Position numbers and translations under genes: made by a program. A stretch of DNA of 63,888 bases, the filler included, from Olpidium bornovanus S191 (taxonomy: Eukaryota > Fungi > Olpidiomycota): assembly GCA_017911155.1 (NCBI GenBank). It is 28 parts of 28 records of this genome, joined end to end, with 100 filler letters (N's around TTAATTAATTAA, not from the genome) between each part and the next. Parts side by side here need not be neighbours in the genome. Positions count along the whole stretch, not along the records: positions 33,475 to 36,936 come from JAEFCI010003494.1; positions 37,037 to 38,599 come from JAEFCI010006171.1; positions 38,700 to 40,891 come from JAEFCI010002822.1; positions 40,992 to 42,112 come from JAEFCI010000921.1; positions 42,213 to 46,069 come from JAEFCI010011859.1; positions 46,170 to 47,676 come from JAEFCI010000477.1; positions 47,777 to 53,660 come from JAEFCI010003893.1; 21 more parts are not named here. One strand, 5' to 3'. Shown one piece after another: positions 36,491-47,901 of the stretch; the stretch's first letter is position 1; each line of letters begins with the position of its first letter. Under the pieces are notes generated by a model that was given only the letters and a program-made list of their open reading frames with translations, made no database searches and was not told the origin of the DNA.

Positions 36491-37984
36491 CCCTACAACA
36501 AGAGAGAAGGGAGAAATGCCGCCGTCCAACGCTGGCTCCTCGCGCATTGACGACCAGTGCCCGCCTGTGCATTCCCTCACGATCCAAGATTTCTTTTAAT
36601 TTTTTACCAATTACATTCGGAACTGAGGCATCACGTGACCATACACAAGTCGGTGTCTCCGTAGTCCTAGTCCTTGCCAAAAAATCCTACTTTGCAATTA
36701 AATATTATTGCGTTGACCTAAATAATAAATGCCATATCACGTGTAACTACGTATTGACACCTACGTTGAGAACAGGTTTGGGTACGCGAAGACAGGAACT
36801 TTCTTCTCTGATACCCATGCCATCCCTTGGCCAAATCCACGGAAAACCTTGCTGCTGGCGTTCCAATTCTGCGTTCTGCGGTTCGCAGCGAACTGGGCGG
36901 CGAACGCCTTGTAACACAACACAATCGTATCGAAGGNNNNNNNNNNNNNNNNNNNNNNNNNNNNNNNNNNNNNNNNNNNNTTAATTAATTAANNNNNNNN
37001 NNNNNNNNNNNNNNNNNNNNNNNNNNNNNNNNNNNNCATGAAAGGCCGGGCACTCGCAAAACAAAACACATTCCTGTGTGCCGATTCTGATCAAAAACAT
37101 TGGCCCTGATCCGGGATCGACCGGAGACCTCCTCCATCCGAACGAGGAATCATACCACTAGACCATCAGGGAGAGTATTGCCGGCTAAAAATGAAGAGGT
37201 GAAGACAACGTTGCTTCTCTCGTTTTTGCGTTCGGACGGTTTGGACGGTCTCTGGTGGTTCTAACGGGGGAACAGGGGTTGTAGGGGTATGATGGATTGA
37301 GCGAACTCGGTCAGGAACGCACGGGTCGTTGTCGCCGCGCATGGAGAGAGAGATCCGCCAGCCGACCGGCCTGGGGCGTGTGATGGTCATCGGGTTGCGG
37401 TCGGCGGGACAAGACGCGCCCGGGTCAAAAGAGGACGCGCCGAGTGGGCGTGGCCGCGGGGTGTGCAAGGCGTCCCTCGCCTGTCGTTCACGGGCTTACC
37501 GTCCGCGTGCTCTCGACGCGCCCGCCGGGTTCAACCGTCCACAAACAGGCATCTCGCAGAGAGAAGCAGCTCTGCCGCAAGCAGAAAAGAAAACGAAAAG
37601 GGCAATAATGGTGCGTTGGAATGACAAAGGGGTGGGGGAAGGAGAATCAGGCGCCCGCTCAGGATGCTGCCGCGGGCAGCGTGTGACGCAGTGCCGCCGG
37701 CGCGTCGACGGCGCACGACCGCAGGCGCCGCCACGCTCTGGACTTGAAGTGTCCCAGCACGCGAACGAAGCACAGTCGAAATGTTCCCATTGCCGGCGGT
37801 CGCGGGGCACGCCACGTCGCTGGTGCGCGTACCGACGCGTCTGTCGACGGCGGCTGCTGGGCGGTGGCCGTTCGCGGAACGTCCGCATCGCTCCTGCACC
37901 AGCAGCTGCACGCAGCTCACCGCGGAGGCGACGGGAGTGCGCGGCGCTCGTAAGGCGACGCGCCGCCGCTCTGGCCGCAAGCGC

Positions 37985-38519
37985 GTCGCAAGTGCAATGG
38001 GTCAGCCCAGAAAGGCGGTCGCCATTGAGACCAGGCAGCCGTGCGCGCTCCGCGGCACCGTGCTGAACGCCACGCCACCAAACTCAGACAGGATGGTCTG
38101 AACCGCTGGCTTCCCCACCAAGATCCGATAAACAGCTGGTTGCGATGCACGCCACGGAAAAAGGCTCCACTGCTCGCACGCGGGAGTTCAACTCGCTGAA
38201 GAGATGCATCCGCACGAACGCGTTGAAGACCAGCGTCTTGAGGATAGCCGCCTGGCCGGGGTCCGATGTGTCGAGGCCCCAACGGAAGCGCCGGCGTTGA
38301 AGATCGCGAAGTTGACCACAACCTGGAAGACCGCCAATGTGGTGATGATCATCATTTGCATGTTCCGGTCCACCAGCGGCTCCGCCTGGCGTGCGGTGGG
38401 TACTGTATGATCTGCCGCTGGTCCGACAGGTCCGTGGCGAGGGGGGGGGCGGCGAACGCGTCCGTGATCAAGTTAACCCACAGCAACTGGACCGCGGAAA
38501 AGGCGCTGTTGTGCGGATC
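37985..38519 (-). pseudogene. PMC1: Pseudogene fragment of a PMCA/Pmc1-type P-type Ca2+-ATPase (C-terminal TM region)
   Basis: SAVQLLWVNLITDAFAAPPLATD, PLVDRNM, TLVFNAFV..FSELNSR, FFRGVHRNQLFIG, VQTILSEFGGVAFSTVP, spread over about four frameshifts plus an in-frame TGA. Confidence 0.85.
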
Positions 38520-38945
38520 CTAAAAGGTGAGTTCGGCGTAACCAAAGTGCAGGCTCTGGGGTAGAATCGAGGTATAGGGACATTGCGCAGATGATCATGN
38601 NNNNNNNNNNNNNNNNNNNNNNNNNNNNNNNNNNNNNNNNNNNTTAATTAATTAANNNNNNNNNNNNNNNNNNNNNNNNNNNNNNNNNNNNNNNNNNNNA
38701 TGTAGTGCAAGATGCTTGTTTAGAAGGCGTGTAGGGGCGTGGATGCATACAAAACGCAAATGCAAGGATAAATTATTCGAAGGGGGGTATGGTTAGAGTA
38801 ATTTGTGGTGACTTGCATGTGACACGACCCAAGGTTCGCAGGATGCATGCTGGCAAAAACGTTAAAGACGATTTTAGAGATCGGTCAGATGTCGTGAAGC
38901 CAAAAGCAGCGGCGTATCATAAATTCATTCGCAGACGCGTACCGT

Positions 38946-39671
38946 CTAGTAATGGCGGCCGTTATTTCCTTTAACAATCTTGATTACTTTGGCTCCGCCG
39001 CCGAGCTTCCCCCTGTAACTGCTGTGGCCTTTGGAGTGATGTCCCTTGTTGGCAATAATTATCACCTTTCCGCCGCCGTGCTTTCTGTTTGCCCCTCCAT
39101 GGCGGTAGCCGTCGCCGCGACCGTTCCTGTTGACTTTAATGAGGACGTTTCCGCCTTTGTGTCCGCCGCGGTTGCCGCCGAAACCGCCAAGGTGGCCGCC
39201 GAAACCGCCAAGGTTGCTGCCGAAACCGCCACGGTTTTTGTTGTGCTCGTCGACGATGATGATCTTCTTGCCGCCTTTGTGTCCCCCTCGGCCGCCGCCA
39301 CCGTAGCCGCCGCGGCCTCCGCCGTGCCCGCGATAGCCATCGTCGTGGCCGTCGCGGCCTCCGCCGTAGCCGCCGCGGCCTCCGCCGTGTCCGCGATAGC
39401 GCTCGTCGTGGCCGCCGCGGCCTCCGCCGTGCCCGCGATAGCCGTCGTCGTGGCCGCCGCCGTGGCCGCCGCCGTGGCCGCCGCCGTGGCCGCCTTTACC
39501 GATAAAAATGACTTTTCCTGTGTCCCCGTGTTTCGGTCCGCGGGAGCCCCCACCGCCCTTGCCGACGACGACGACCTTGCCGCCGTTATGACTGGGCGAT
39601 GTCGGAGCGCACGCCATGAGCTGGGCGGCCGAAACGAGGACGAGTCCGACGAGCGCGACAGCGGACTTCAT
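38946..39671 (-). CDS. Secreted Gly/His/Arg-rich repetitive protein, 241 aa, intronless
   Basis: Signal peptide MKSAVALVGLVLVSAAQLMA; ATG verified at 39671; internal repeats; complete ORF with an upstream TATA box. Confidence 0.85.
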   Translation of the reverse strand: MKSAVALVGLVLVSAAQLMACAPTSPSHNGGKVVVVGKGGGGSRGPKHGDTGKVIFIGKGGHGGGHGGGHGGGHDDGYRGHGGGRGGHDERYRGHGGGRGGYGGGRDGHDDGYRGHGGGRGGYGGGGRGGHKGGKKIIIVDEHNKNRGGFGSNLGGFGGHLGGFGGNRGGHKGGNVLIKVNRNGRGDGYRHGGANRKHGGGKVIIIANKGHHSKGHSSYRGKLGGGAKVIKIVKGNNGRHY

Positions 39672-39889
39672 TGTTCGGAGTTGTGCGCGTTAAATAGATT
39701 AAAAATTACGTAGGAGGTACTGCGGAGGAAAAGAAGGGGCTTCTCGGCGGCGGATGGAGAAAAAGGGTAGTGGGCGTTCTTCGCGCAGCGCGTCGTTCCG
39801 GGGACCGGGAAAGGGTGGGAGTAGGCGGGGGGAGGGCCGGAGGGGAGGGGGAGGGATGCGGGACTGGGGGTTGCTGCTCGGTCGCTTGC

Positions 39890-40116
39890 TTTATAGACGA
39901 ACTCGCTACTTCGTCCGCCGTCACGGACGGGCGCCGCGTTTCCCGCGGCTTCCCAGGGCGTGCTTTCAAGCGCGGGGCGGCTGTCAATTCGAGCTCGCTT
40001 ATTGGTCCAAGTTCTCGTTTATTGCTCGCAGGCGGGCGTGATTGGACTTAACGCGTCCCAGATTGGACCGGGACGCGAACTGCCAGACCGAGGCCGCCGA
40101 TGACCGGAAAGCCAAT
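39890..40116 (-). promoter_or_regulatory. Putative promoter: TATAAA plus CCAAT boxes and a GC box upstream of the Gly-rich gene
   Basis: Minus-strand TATAAA at 39895-39890; CCAAT at 40005-40001, 40045-40041 and 40066-40062; an opposite-orientation CCAAT at 40112-40116; GGGGCGG near 39974. Confidence 0.6.
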
Positions 40117-41419
40117 CAAATGCGTGGATTCAGCTTACTAAAACACCTCACGCGCACACAAAAAGAGCCTTTTTTTTGTGTTCGGCCGTCGAGAAAACAG
40201 TGCCGGGGGCACCTGAGACCTCTGATTCGTGCCGAGGATTACTCACGGCCGATGTCACTCGAGCTTTGGAGAGTGCGGACCTTCCGTGAGAGCCAGGCAG
40301 AGTACTCCGCAATTCGCAATGCATCCGCCGGCAGACGTCCTTCGCCAACCCAAAACGGGTAATGGCTGAAGGGCTCCTGTCCCAGATGGCAGGATGCAAC
40401 GATCGCTATGCAGCCCCCTAAAAACCACGAAATTATTCTAGACCCTCTTCAAATCTTGAGTCCGTACCCTGCTCTCCGGCTTTCGTTTCGCCCGTTGCCG
40501 GCATTGGCTGGCTGAACTCAAACAAACATAAATTACTTTCCGTTTCGTACGCTGGAGATCCTCTCTATGGTGGAGTAGCCTAACGGAAAGAGTTTCGTCA
40601 TTGATTTCACGTTACACAAAGCGCTACCGCCTTCGACAAGCCGTCGCGGCTTGGCCCCTGCTGGGATTACGGCTCATACAGCGCACGATTGTATCAGAGT
40701 GGTTATAGGGTGGGAAATGCGGAAGTCCAGTAGTTGTCAAATCTCACGTTTCCAACGGCGCGACTGTCGTCAAGGCAAAAAAAATGTCAGCGAGATTATT
40801 GTAGAATTATCATAGAATACAAAACTATTACGCTGGACGGAAGACTCACCGTCGCATTAGCAGTGCGCAAAGCAACATTCGGGAAAACATGNNNNNNNNN
40901 NNNNNNNNNNNNNNNNNNNNNNNNNNNNNNNNNNNTTAATTAATTAANNNNNNNNNNNNNNNNNNNNNNNNNNNNNNNNNNNNNNNNNNNNCATGAACCC
41001 GGCGAACTCCCCGTGCCAGTGCCGCATATCGGTTGGGGAAAGATGATGAAGCCCAACGCGAGACTTGATTAACTTCCCGAAGAACTCCCCGGCTGAAGAA
41101 CCACGGACTGAGGAGCCGGGAGAACGTCTGCGTCCCCATCGGCGTGCCTTCCTTTTTCGGGTAACGCTGCCCCACCTCCGCTTTCTCCGCGTGCTCTCTT
41201 AAAGCTCTTGGCGAGCGCAATCGTGAGCACCAAAACCCGGGCATAACAAGCTCTCCGCACCCGTGCCGATGCCGTCCGCTCCGGTCCGGACTGTTTGAGC
41301 CTCATCCCGATTGCCCGACGTTTATGTCACGCTTCACGCCACAACCTCCCTGTCCGTTAGGCTCCGAATCACTTCCCTTTTATTTCCGTGTTGTGAACGG
41401 AGAAAAAACAGTCTCGTTT

Positions 41420-42112
41420 TCATTGACCTGGGTTGGCTTGAGACCCAGAACCTAGATCGGCTTGAGACCCAGAACCTAGATCGGCTTGAGACCCAGAACC
41501 TAGATCGGCTTGAGACCCAGAATCTAGATTGGCTTGAGACCCAGAACCTAGATTACGCGCGGCCACCGTTAGACCAAGATTTCCCGAGAAAGCGGAGGCG
41601 CGGCAAAATATTTAGGCAAAAAAACTCAACTTAGTATGTAATTGATATCAGCCACTCGCCAATTGAGCTCGTCGGTCAAATCGCCGAACCTCAACGCGAT
41701 GGGTTGGGACATGAAGCTGAGCACAATTTCGACGCGTTGCTTATCGCTCGCCAACGCCACGGGCGGTGCCGCCATGTCCGTGCCGACCGGCGGGATCTCG
41801 ACGCTGGACTTCACGTTCGCGAGCACGGCGGCATCGATGCGGAAATGCAACAGCTCGGGCCGGAACTGCCGGCGGATCGCAAAGCCCATGCCTGTCGGGT
41901 TCCCGCTGGCGTCGTCCACGGTGGGGCGAACCCCAAATTTCACGCCCGGCGTGGACCCGCCGGCGTCATTATCGTCGTCGAACTCCTTGATCATGTCTCG
42001 GAGAATGGTACACGTCGAAAACCGAAGAGAGGTGCAGGGGCGGCCAATGCCAATTGAAGGGTCGAAATGCCAACGGGGCGCCATCTTCATCCACAGCTCT
42101 ACGATCCGCGCG
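41420..42112 (-). CDS. Uncharacterised protein, 3' part; ends at 41626 unspliced, or at 41420 if intron 41548..41630 is used
   Basis: Protein-like frame open from the contig end (FSTCTILRDMIKEF..ELLHFRIDAAVL..DKQRVEIVLSFMSQPIALRFG); no family recognised. Confidence 0.55.
41434..41553. repeat. Near-perfect 24-bp VNTR x5 ((c/t)ggcttgagacccagaacctagat)
   Basis: Copies at 41434, 41458, 41482, 41506 and 41530. Confidence 0.95.
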
Positions 42113-42249
42113 NNNNNNNNNNNNNNNNNNNNNNNNNNNNNNNNNNNNNNNNNNNNTTAATTAATTAANNNNNNNNNNNNNNNNNNNNNNNNNNNNNNNN
42201 NNNNNNNNNNNNCATGCATTTGGAGGTGGCTGAAGGTAGCGTTGTGCCC

Positions 42250-42370
42250 GGTCTGCCCGGCTGTACCTTATAAATAAGTGTGGAAACCAGTGTTGGAGTG
42301 TGGCCGCGGACTGGGTCCTGCCATTTTCCGCCCGCTTCCCGGCATCGCGTGCGACCCTAGCGTCTTTTTC

Positions 42371-42404
<34 letters not shown>

Positions 42405-43160
42405 GTTTGTTTGCTGCCGACGGAAAGGGAAATTGTGGAAACGATCAAAGAAAATGCAATTTCCCAGCTCTTGAAGGCCAAGAACGGGACAATCCCTTCA
42501 ACAGGCAAGGGGCCCACACCAGGATGACGGAGGCCTCCTTCGGAGCGCAAGAAGTAGCTCTTCCCAGAAGGGAACCACACTTTGAAGCCCAAGGAGCAGT
42601 CACCAGAAAAGGCTACGGGTAGGCAAGAAAGACCTCTCACGAAAATTGACCAATGAAAATGAAAATAACGTAGCAGGGGCTTTTCCCTTTTCGAGGTTCA
42701 ACCTAAATCTTAAAGTCTGTTATGTTATGTTTTGCTCGGGAGGTTTCCAGACGATAACCACGGAAAGTGCCAGGGTTAACCTTGGCATGCGCCAAAACCA
42801 CACCAACGTAAAACCGAACAAAGGAATAAGAACAGTGGAAACCATTGGTCAGAACCACACCCGAAAGAGGTCTTCCTAAGCGATGACTTACCGGACAATC
42901 TTCGGGAACAGAAAAAATCACCTCAGACAGTTCATTGAGGCGCTCCTCGACTAGAAGAATAAGCTCTTGGAAGCCTGAAAAACTGCAATCCGTCCCCAAG
43001 ATGCGCGCCTCACCACGCTCCTCAAGAAGTGGACGCTAGTGGTCACAGTTATCCGTGTACCTTCACCAGTCTCCTTGAAAACGCCGTGCGTAGATGGTCT
43101 TTGCCGGTCCGGTTTGGAATTCTGCTGAGAACCCTTGAACGGTTCATCTGGATGGCGCTG
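42250..43160 (-). CDS. Probable multi-exon gene of unknown function, divergent from EMC2
   Basis: Short GT/AG-bounded open segments (..VFKETGE|GFQELILLVEERLNELSE|; TQSAATLQHWFPHLFIR|); no homology recognised. Confidence 0.3.
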
Positions 43161-43535
43161 CGAAGTTGCAATATCGCACGTCGGACGTTGAGCCGTTCGT
43201 TACCCATGTGCGATCTCGAGCGCCTCTGACGGGATTTATCGTCGTCCTCGTTGCGGCAAAACGCAGAACAGCGCCCCCGCCGCTAATTTTGGTGAGGAAT
43301 GCACTCAAGTACTGTATCGTTTTATGGAAGTCACCCCTTGCACCTGCCCTTACGTTTCGCCAAAGGCCACCTCGGCACTCCTTGATACACCATCCAAAAT
43401 TTGCATTTAATTGAGAATTTGATGCCAGAATATGAAGTGGCCTTTTTTATCTCAATTGATTTGCGCTCGCGGACTCCCGGGAAAAAAACTGGAACTTTCC
43501 AAAAAAAAAAAACCCGGCCGCACCAGCCGAGAGCC

Positions 43536-43969
43536 ATGCCCTACGACGACCTGAACACGTCACCGGCCGGACTTAGGGAGGCCTGGAGGAGGGCCGCGGC
43601 GCTGAACAACCCGGAGAGGACCGGCGGACTGGCGGATGCGATCGTCGCCAGGGGCCTGGACGGGAGGCTCGGGGACGACAGTGCGTGTCTGCTCCGGCGG
43701 CCTTTCCCCTCCTAACCGGGGAAAAAGGAGAAAAGAACGAAAGCGCAAGGGAACGCCCTGAAGCAGCAGGAACCTGAAGTCGTATTTCATTCCGCCCTAC
43801 TCTCTTCCTCCGTGGACGCGTGCAGGATGGAATTTCTACGAACAGGCGTTCATCGCCGCGATGGACACCGGCAAAAAGGCGCTGGCCGACGTGCGTTTTC
43901 GTCCTTCGGCCCCACAAGATGTGCTGCCGGGCGCGAACTGGGTTCCCCCCCCGGGGGGGGCCCCAGGGG

Positions 43970-44006
<37 letters not shown>

Positions 44007-45230
44007 AAAAAAAACCGGCCGCCCGGCGGTGCTGACGGTTCCTCCGTCCGGCCGTTAGACCTGCTACTCGCGACTCGAGTGCCGGTTCCCGTCCTCGGCG
44101 CGCGTGCGGAGGCTGAAGGGCCTCCAGCTCGAATCTCAGGGAAAGTACGAGGACGCGCACAAGGTCTACCGCGACATTCTTAAAGAGGACGAAACGAACA
44201 TTGTGAGGAGCCCGGGGCGTTTTCCCCCCGTCCATCCGTTGTTGGGACGCGTATTTCCGGGGGAAGAGGGCTCGTTTCCTGTGCGTCGCCGTCTCAAAGT
44301 CTGACGCGGCCAGCGAACCGAAATAACGGGGGTTCTTCCGTTGCCCTGATCATCGCCCGTCTCGCCATCCCCGCGGTCAGCTTGTTACCAAGCGGGTGAT
44401 ATGCCTTGCGAAAGCCAAAGGGAAAACGACGGAGGCGATCGCTGCGCTGGTTAAATTTCTCGACGTCGTGTACAACGACCAGGAGGCGTGGATGGAGCTG
44501 TCCGATCTGTACGCAAAGGAGCACATGTGCGTTCTCGCTTCGACCCCTCGGTTCCCGTTCTGGAAGTTTCCCTGGCTACCATCCCCCTTCCCAGACTGTT
44601 ATATTGAAATCCTGCGGTCTTCGCGCCCTCGGTGTGGTCGCCGTTGCAGGTATCAGCACGCAGCATATTGCATGGAGGAGCTAGTACTCCACCAAGTGCA
44701 CAATCCATTGTACTATTTGCGTCTAGCGGAGGTATTATCACCACTGCGGGAAGTCGGGTTAGGATTACGTGACGACTGCCTCTCTTATCCCTCACTCTCA
44801 CGATTGTGCGGCGCCCGGCTCAGATCTTGTATACGATGGGCCAGTTCGGCACGGCGCTCAAGACTTACTGCCGGGTGTTGGAGCTGACCACCGATCACGT
44901 TCGGGCTCTCTATGGACTCAAGCTGGTATGACGACCACCACAAACTTTCCCAGCCGGTGTTCCCTCTCCCAAGTGGGGGCGCGGCTGTCACCTGCGCCCG
45001 TCACAACGCTGAAACGCGCGCTTCGTTTTCGGAAAAATCGGGGAAAGTGCGCGCGCAGACTCCTAGCGCTACCGCAGTCCCAAATGGGGTTGCCGAACAC
45101 CTCCGTCGTAGAGCAGCTGGACCTCTTGGCCACCGAAAGGCTGCTTCGGGTGTACGGCGAAGCGGCAAAGGGCTCCGACAACAGCAGCAAACTCCTATAC
45201 GTGATGCGGGGTTGGCTTGAAGGCAAATAG
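43536..45230 (+). CDS. EMC2: ER membrane protein complex subunit 2 (TPR protein), about seven exons
   Basis: WNFYEQAFIAAMD, RRLKGLQLESQGKYEDAHKVYRDILKEDETN, KRVICLAKAKGKTTEAI..YNDQEAWMELSDLY, AAYCMEELVL..NPLYYLRLAE, YCRVLELTTDHVRALYGLKL. Confidence 0.92.
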
Positions 45231-46269
45231 AAACGCCGTTGGACGTGGGAACGCGCCGCCGTTTTGTGGGCCCCAAAGTTTACTCGTCCAGTTATTCCCG
45301 GCGCTCCGCGGTGACCCCGCATGGACCTCTCCGGGCAGCGCTTTTTTTTTTTTTACCTCGCTGCGTCGCAGATCAACTGCGCCGCGTCCAGGGCGCTCGA
45401 TCACCTTTCCCAAAATAAAAAGGACGTGGCAGACTAGATTCGCAGGCGCGTCAATCATACATTAATACAAATACATGCCTGGGAGGCTTGAGAGAAGGGA
45501 GACGCGGCGAGCGAACATCCAACCCGAAAGTTCTTCATCAGCGGCGGGGAAGGAGCGGAAGGACAACCACTGCACGTCACCGTCTCGAAGGAAACCACTC
45601 TTACATCCCTGCGGCGTTACTCTCCGGCGCCCGCGTTTGCGAGTTCTGCCACGCGAGGTCGACGGAGAAGGCGCCGAGTGGCCGGCCGAACACAGTTGGA
45701 CGTCGCGGCAGTTCTGCCAAGGCACACGTTCTTCATCACGGCCGGGGGGGGGAAAGAGGGGGGGAGCAAAACCGCAGGCATGTCACCGTCTTGACGATAT
45801 CCCTTTACGTCCGCGCCGGCCAGGCGGCTTTCGGCTGCCGCGTGCGACTCTGCCACTGAGAGCCGTCGACGACAGCGAGGCCTGTTGCCGGCCGTCAGCG
45901 GCGGACATCTTTGCGCTCCGCCGCCGCTCGTCCAGGTATCTGCGCGCAGCAAGAGTTCAAAACGGGGGCCACCGCTTACAAGGAGGCAGCAGGAAATGAA
46001 AAGAGACGCGCACCTGGTGACTTCGGACTCGATATCTTCTTGCAGGCTCGGGAGCCGACGTAGCCCATGNNNNNNNNNNNNNNNNNNNNNNNNNNNNNNN
46101 NNNNNNNNNNNNNTTAATTAATTAANNNNNNNNNNNNNNNNNNNNNNNNNNNNNNNNNNNNNNNNNNNNGACGGCTTCTCCAAGCTCGGAAAGGTGCCCA
46201 ATTGAAACGAGCGGCGTCCGCGGAGCACCGGCCTGTCCAATTTTTTAACATCCCTGTACGACCGCGCAG

Positions 46270-47066
46270 GTGATGAAGGCTTCCGTCATGTACGACCCTC
46301 ACACACGCGAGTCTCGCGGTTTTGGTTTCATCGATTTCGCCACGGTGGAGGACGCCCAGAACGCGGTGCAGAACGCCGACAGCGTCATCCTCCACGGGCG
46401 GCGCGTGCGAGCCGAGATGGTGAGTAGGCGGCAAGCTGTTCGGCTGCCCGCTGCTAGTCCGCGACCATCGGCTTCGGAAGCTCTGCGTTTTTTCGTGCGC
46501 CGGTGGCAGCGCGCGCGCTTCATCTTGCTAACACCTGCGGGCCGTTTGTGCCTCGTTCGTCGAAGGCGAGGCGCGGTCGTCCCCGCACTCCGACGCCTGG
46601 ACGCTACTATGGCCTTGTGAGTACCCCGCGGGCGACTGACTGTGTCCCCCCGCTCGCGTTGAGTTACTCACGGAACCCCGTCCGAATCGGATCTCAGAAA
46701 TCCAAGCACCGCCCGAGATACGGTAGGTTTCATCGAAATCTCGCCGGTTAATCTTTTCCCCGCGCTGCGCGGTGACTGCCCCGATGTAATTCGCGTGTTA
46801 AACGACGATGACGCGCGGGTTGCCGTCTGGCAGAAGCTTCCCCCAACTACGACTCTCGCCGTTCCCCGGATCCCCGCGACTCCTGCCGCCGCCGCGAGCC
46901 GTCCCCGCCTCCCCGTGCGGGCGACAAGTTCCGCGACGCCTACCACGACCGCGACTACTACCACGAGCGGCCCCGCGGCTACGACCGGTACTCGTCGCCG
47001 CCCCGCCAACACGACCGCCGCGCCGCTTCTTCTCCTCCGTACGCTTACAGGAGCGGGAGACGCTAG
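46270..47066 (+). CDS. SR45a/Tra2-like RRM splicing factor, 5' truncated
   Basis: VMYDPHTRESRGFGFIDFATVEDA..GRRVRAEM | ARRGRPRTPTPGRYYG | RS/RD/Y-rich tail ending at TAG 47064-47066. Confidence 0.85.
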
Positions 47067-47555
47067 GTGGAGGTGGTGGGAGGGTGTGGAGGAGGGCCGT
47101 GTGTGGGGGAGGGAGAGGGGGAGAATTCTTGATCTCAGTGTTTTGTCTTTACCCGAATCGACAGATATTTGCGCGCCCGCACTTTGACATAATTTCTTTT
47201 GTCGTTTACTCGCCGTTTTTTTTTTTCCCCGGTTCCCTGTTTTTTTTTTTTTTTTCTTTTTTTCCCCTTTTCCCCGGTCGGGTTCTCGAGTTTTACCTTG
47301 CGCTCCGTGTCGGCCCCTTCCGTTATTTGTTACTTAGCGTTTGATTTACTTTTGTGCCGCATATAACCCTTCGTATTTTTTTTCTTATCAATCTTCGCTG
47401 TCTGCGGCGACGTTGGTTGCGCGAGTGGTGTCCCCCACCCCGTTGGTTCGCCCTTATTTTGTTTTTTTCCCGCCCGTCGTAAAATACCGAGAATCGGCGC
47501 GCGGACGGTTTTTTTTGTTGTTGTTGTTGTTTCTTGTTTTCCAGCTCGGCTGAGT

Positions 47556-47676
<121 letters not shown>

Positions 47677-47901
47677 NNNNNNNNNNNNNNNNNNNNNNNN
47701 NNNNNNNNNNNNNNNNNNNNTTAATTAATTAANNNNNNNNNNNNNNNNNNNNNNNNNNNNNNNNNNNNNNNNNNNNAAAACAAAAAAACAGCAAAAACAA
47801 AAAAAGGTCGAGCGGCAACCCCGCATTCCCGGCCCGGCCCGAGACCGGCCGACCCTGACACGGTCCGACTCCTTCCTGGGGGTTAAAAAAAAAAAAAAAA
47901 G

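Noticed and set aside
41434-41553. 24-bp x5 array as a CRISPR array
   Set aside because: Head-to-tail tandem with no spacers, in a eukaryotic context with no cas genes.
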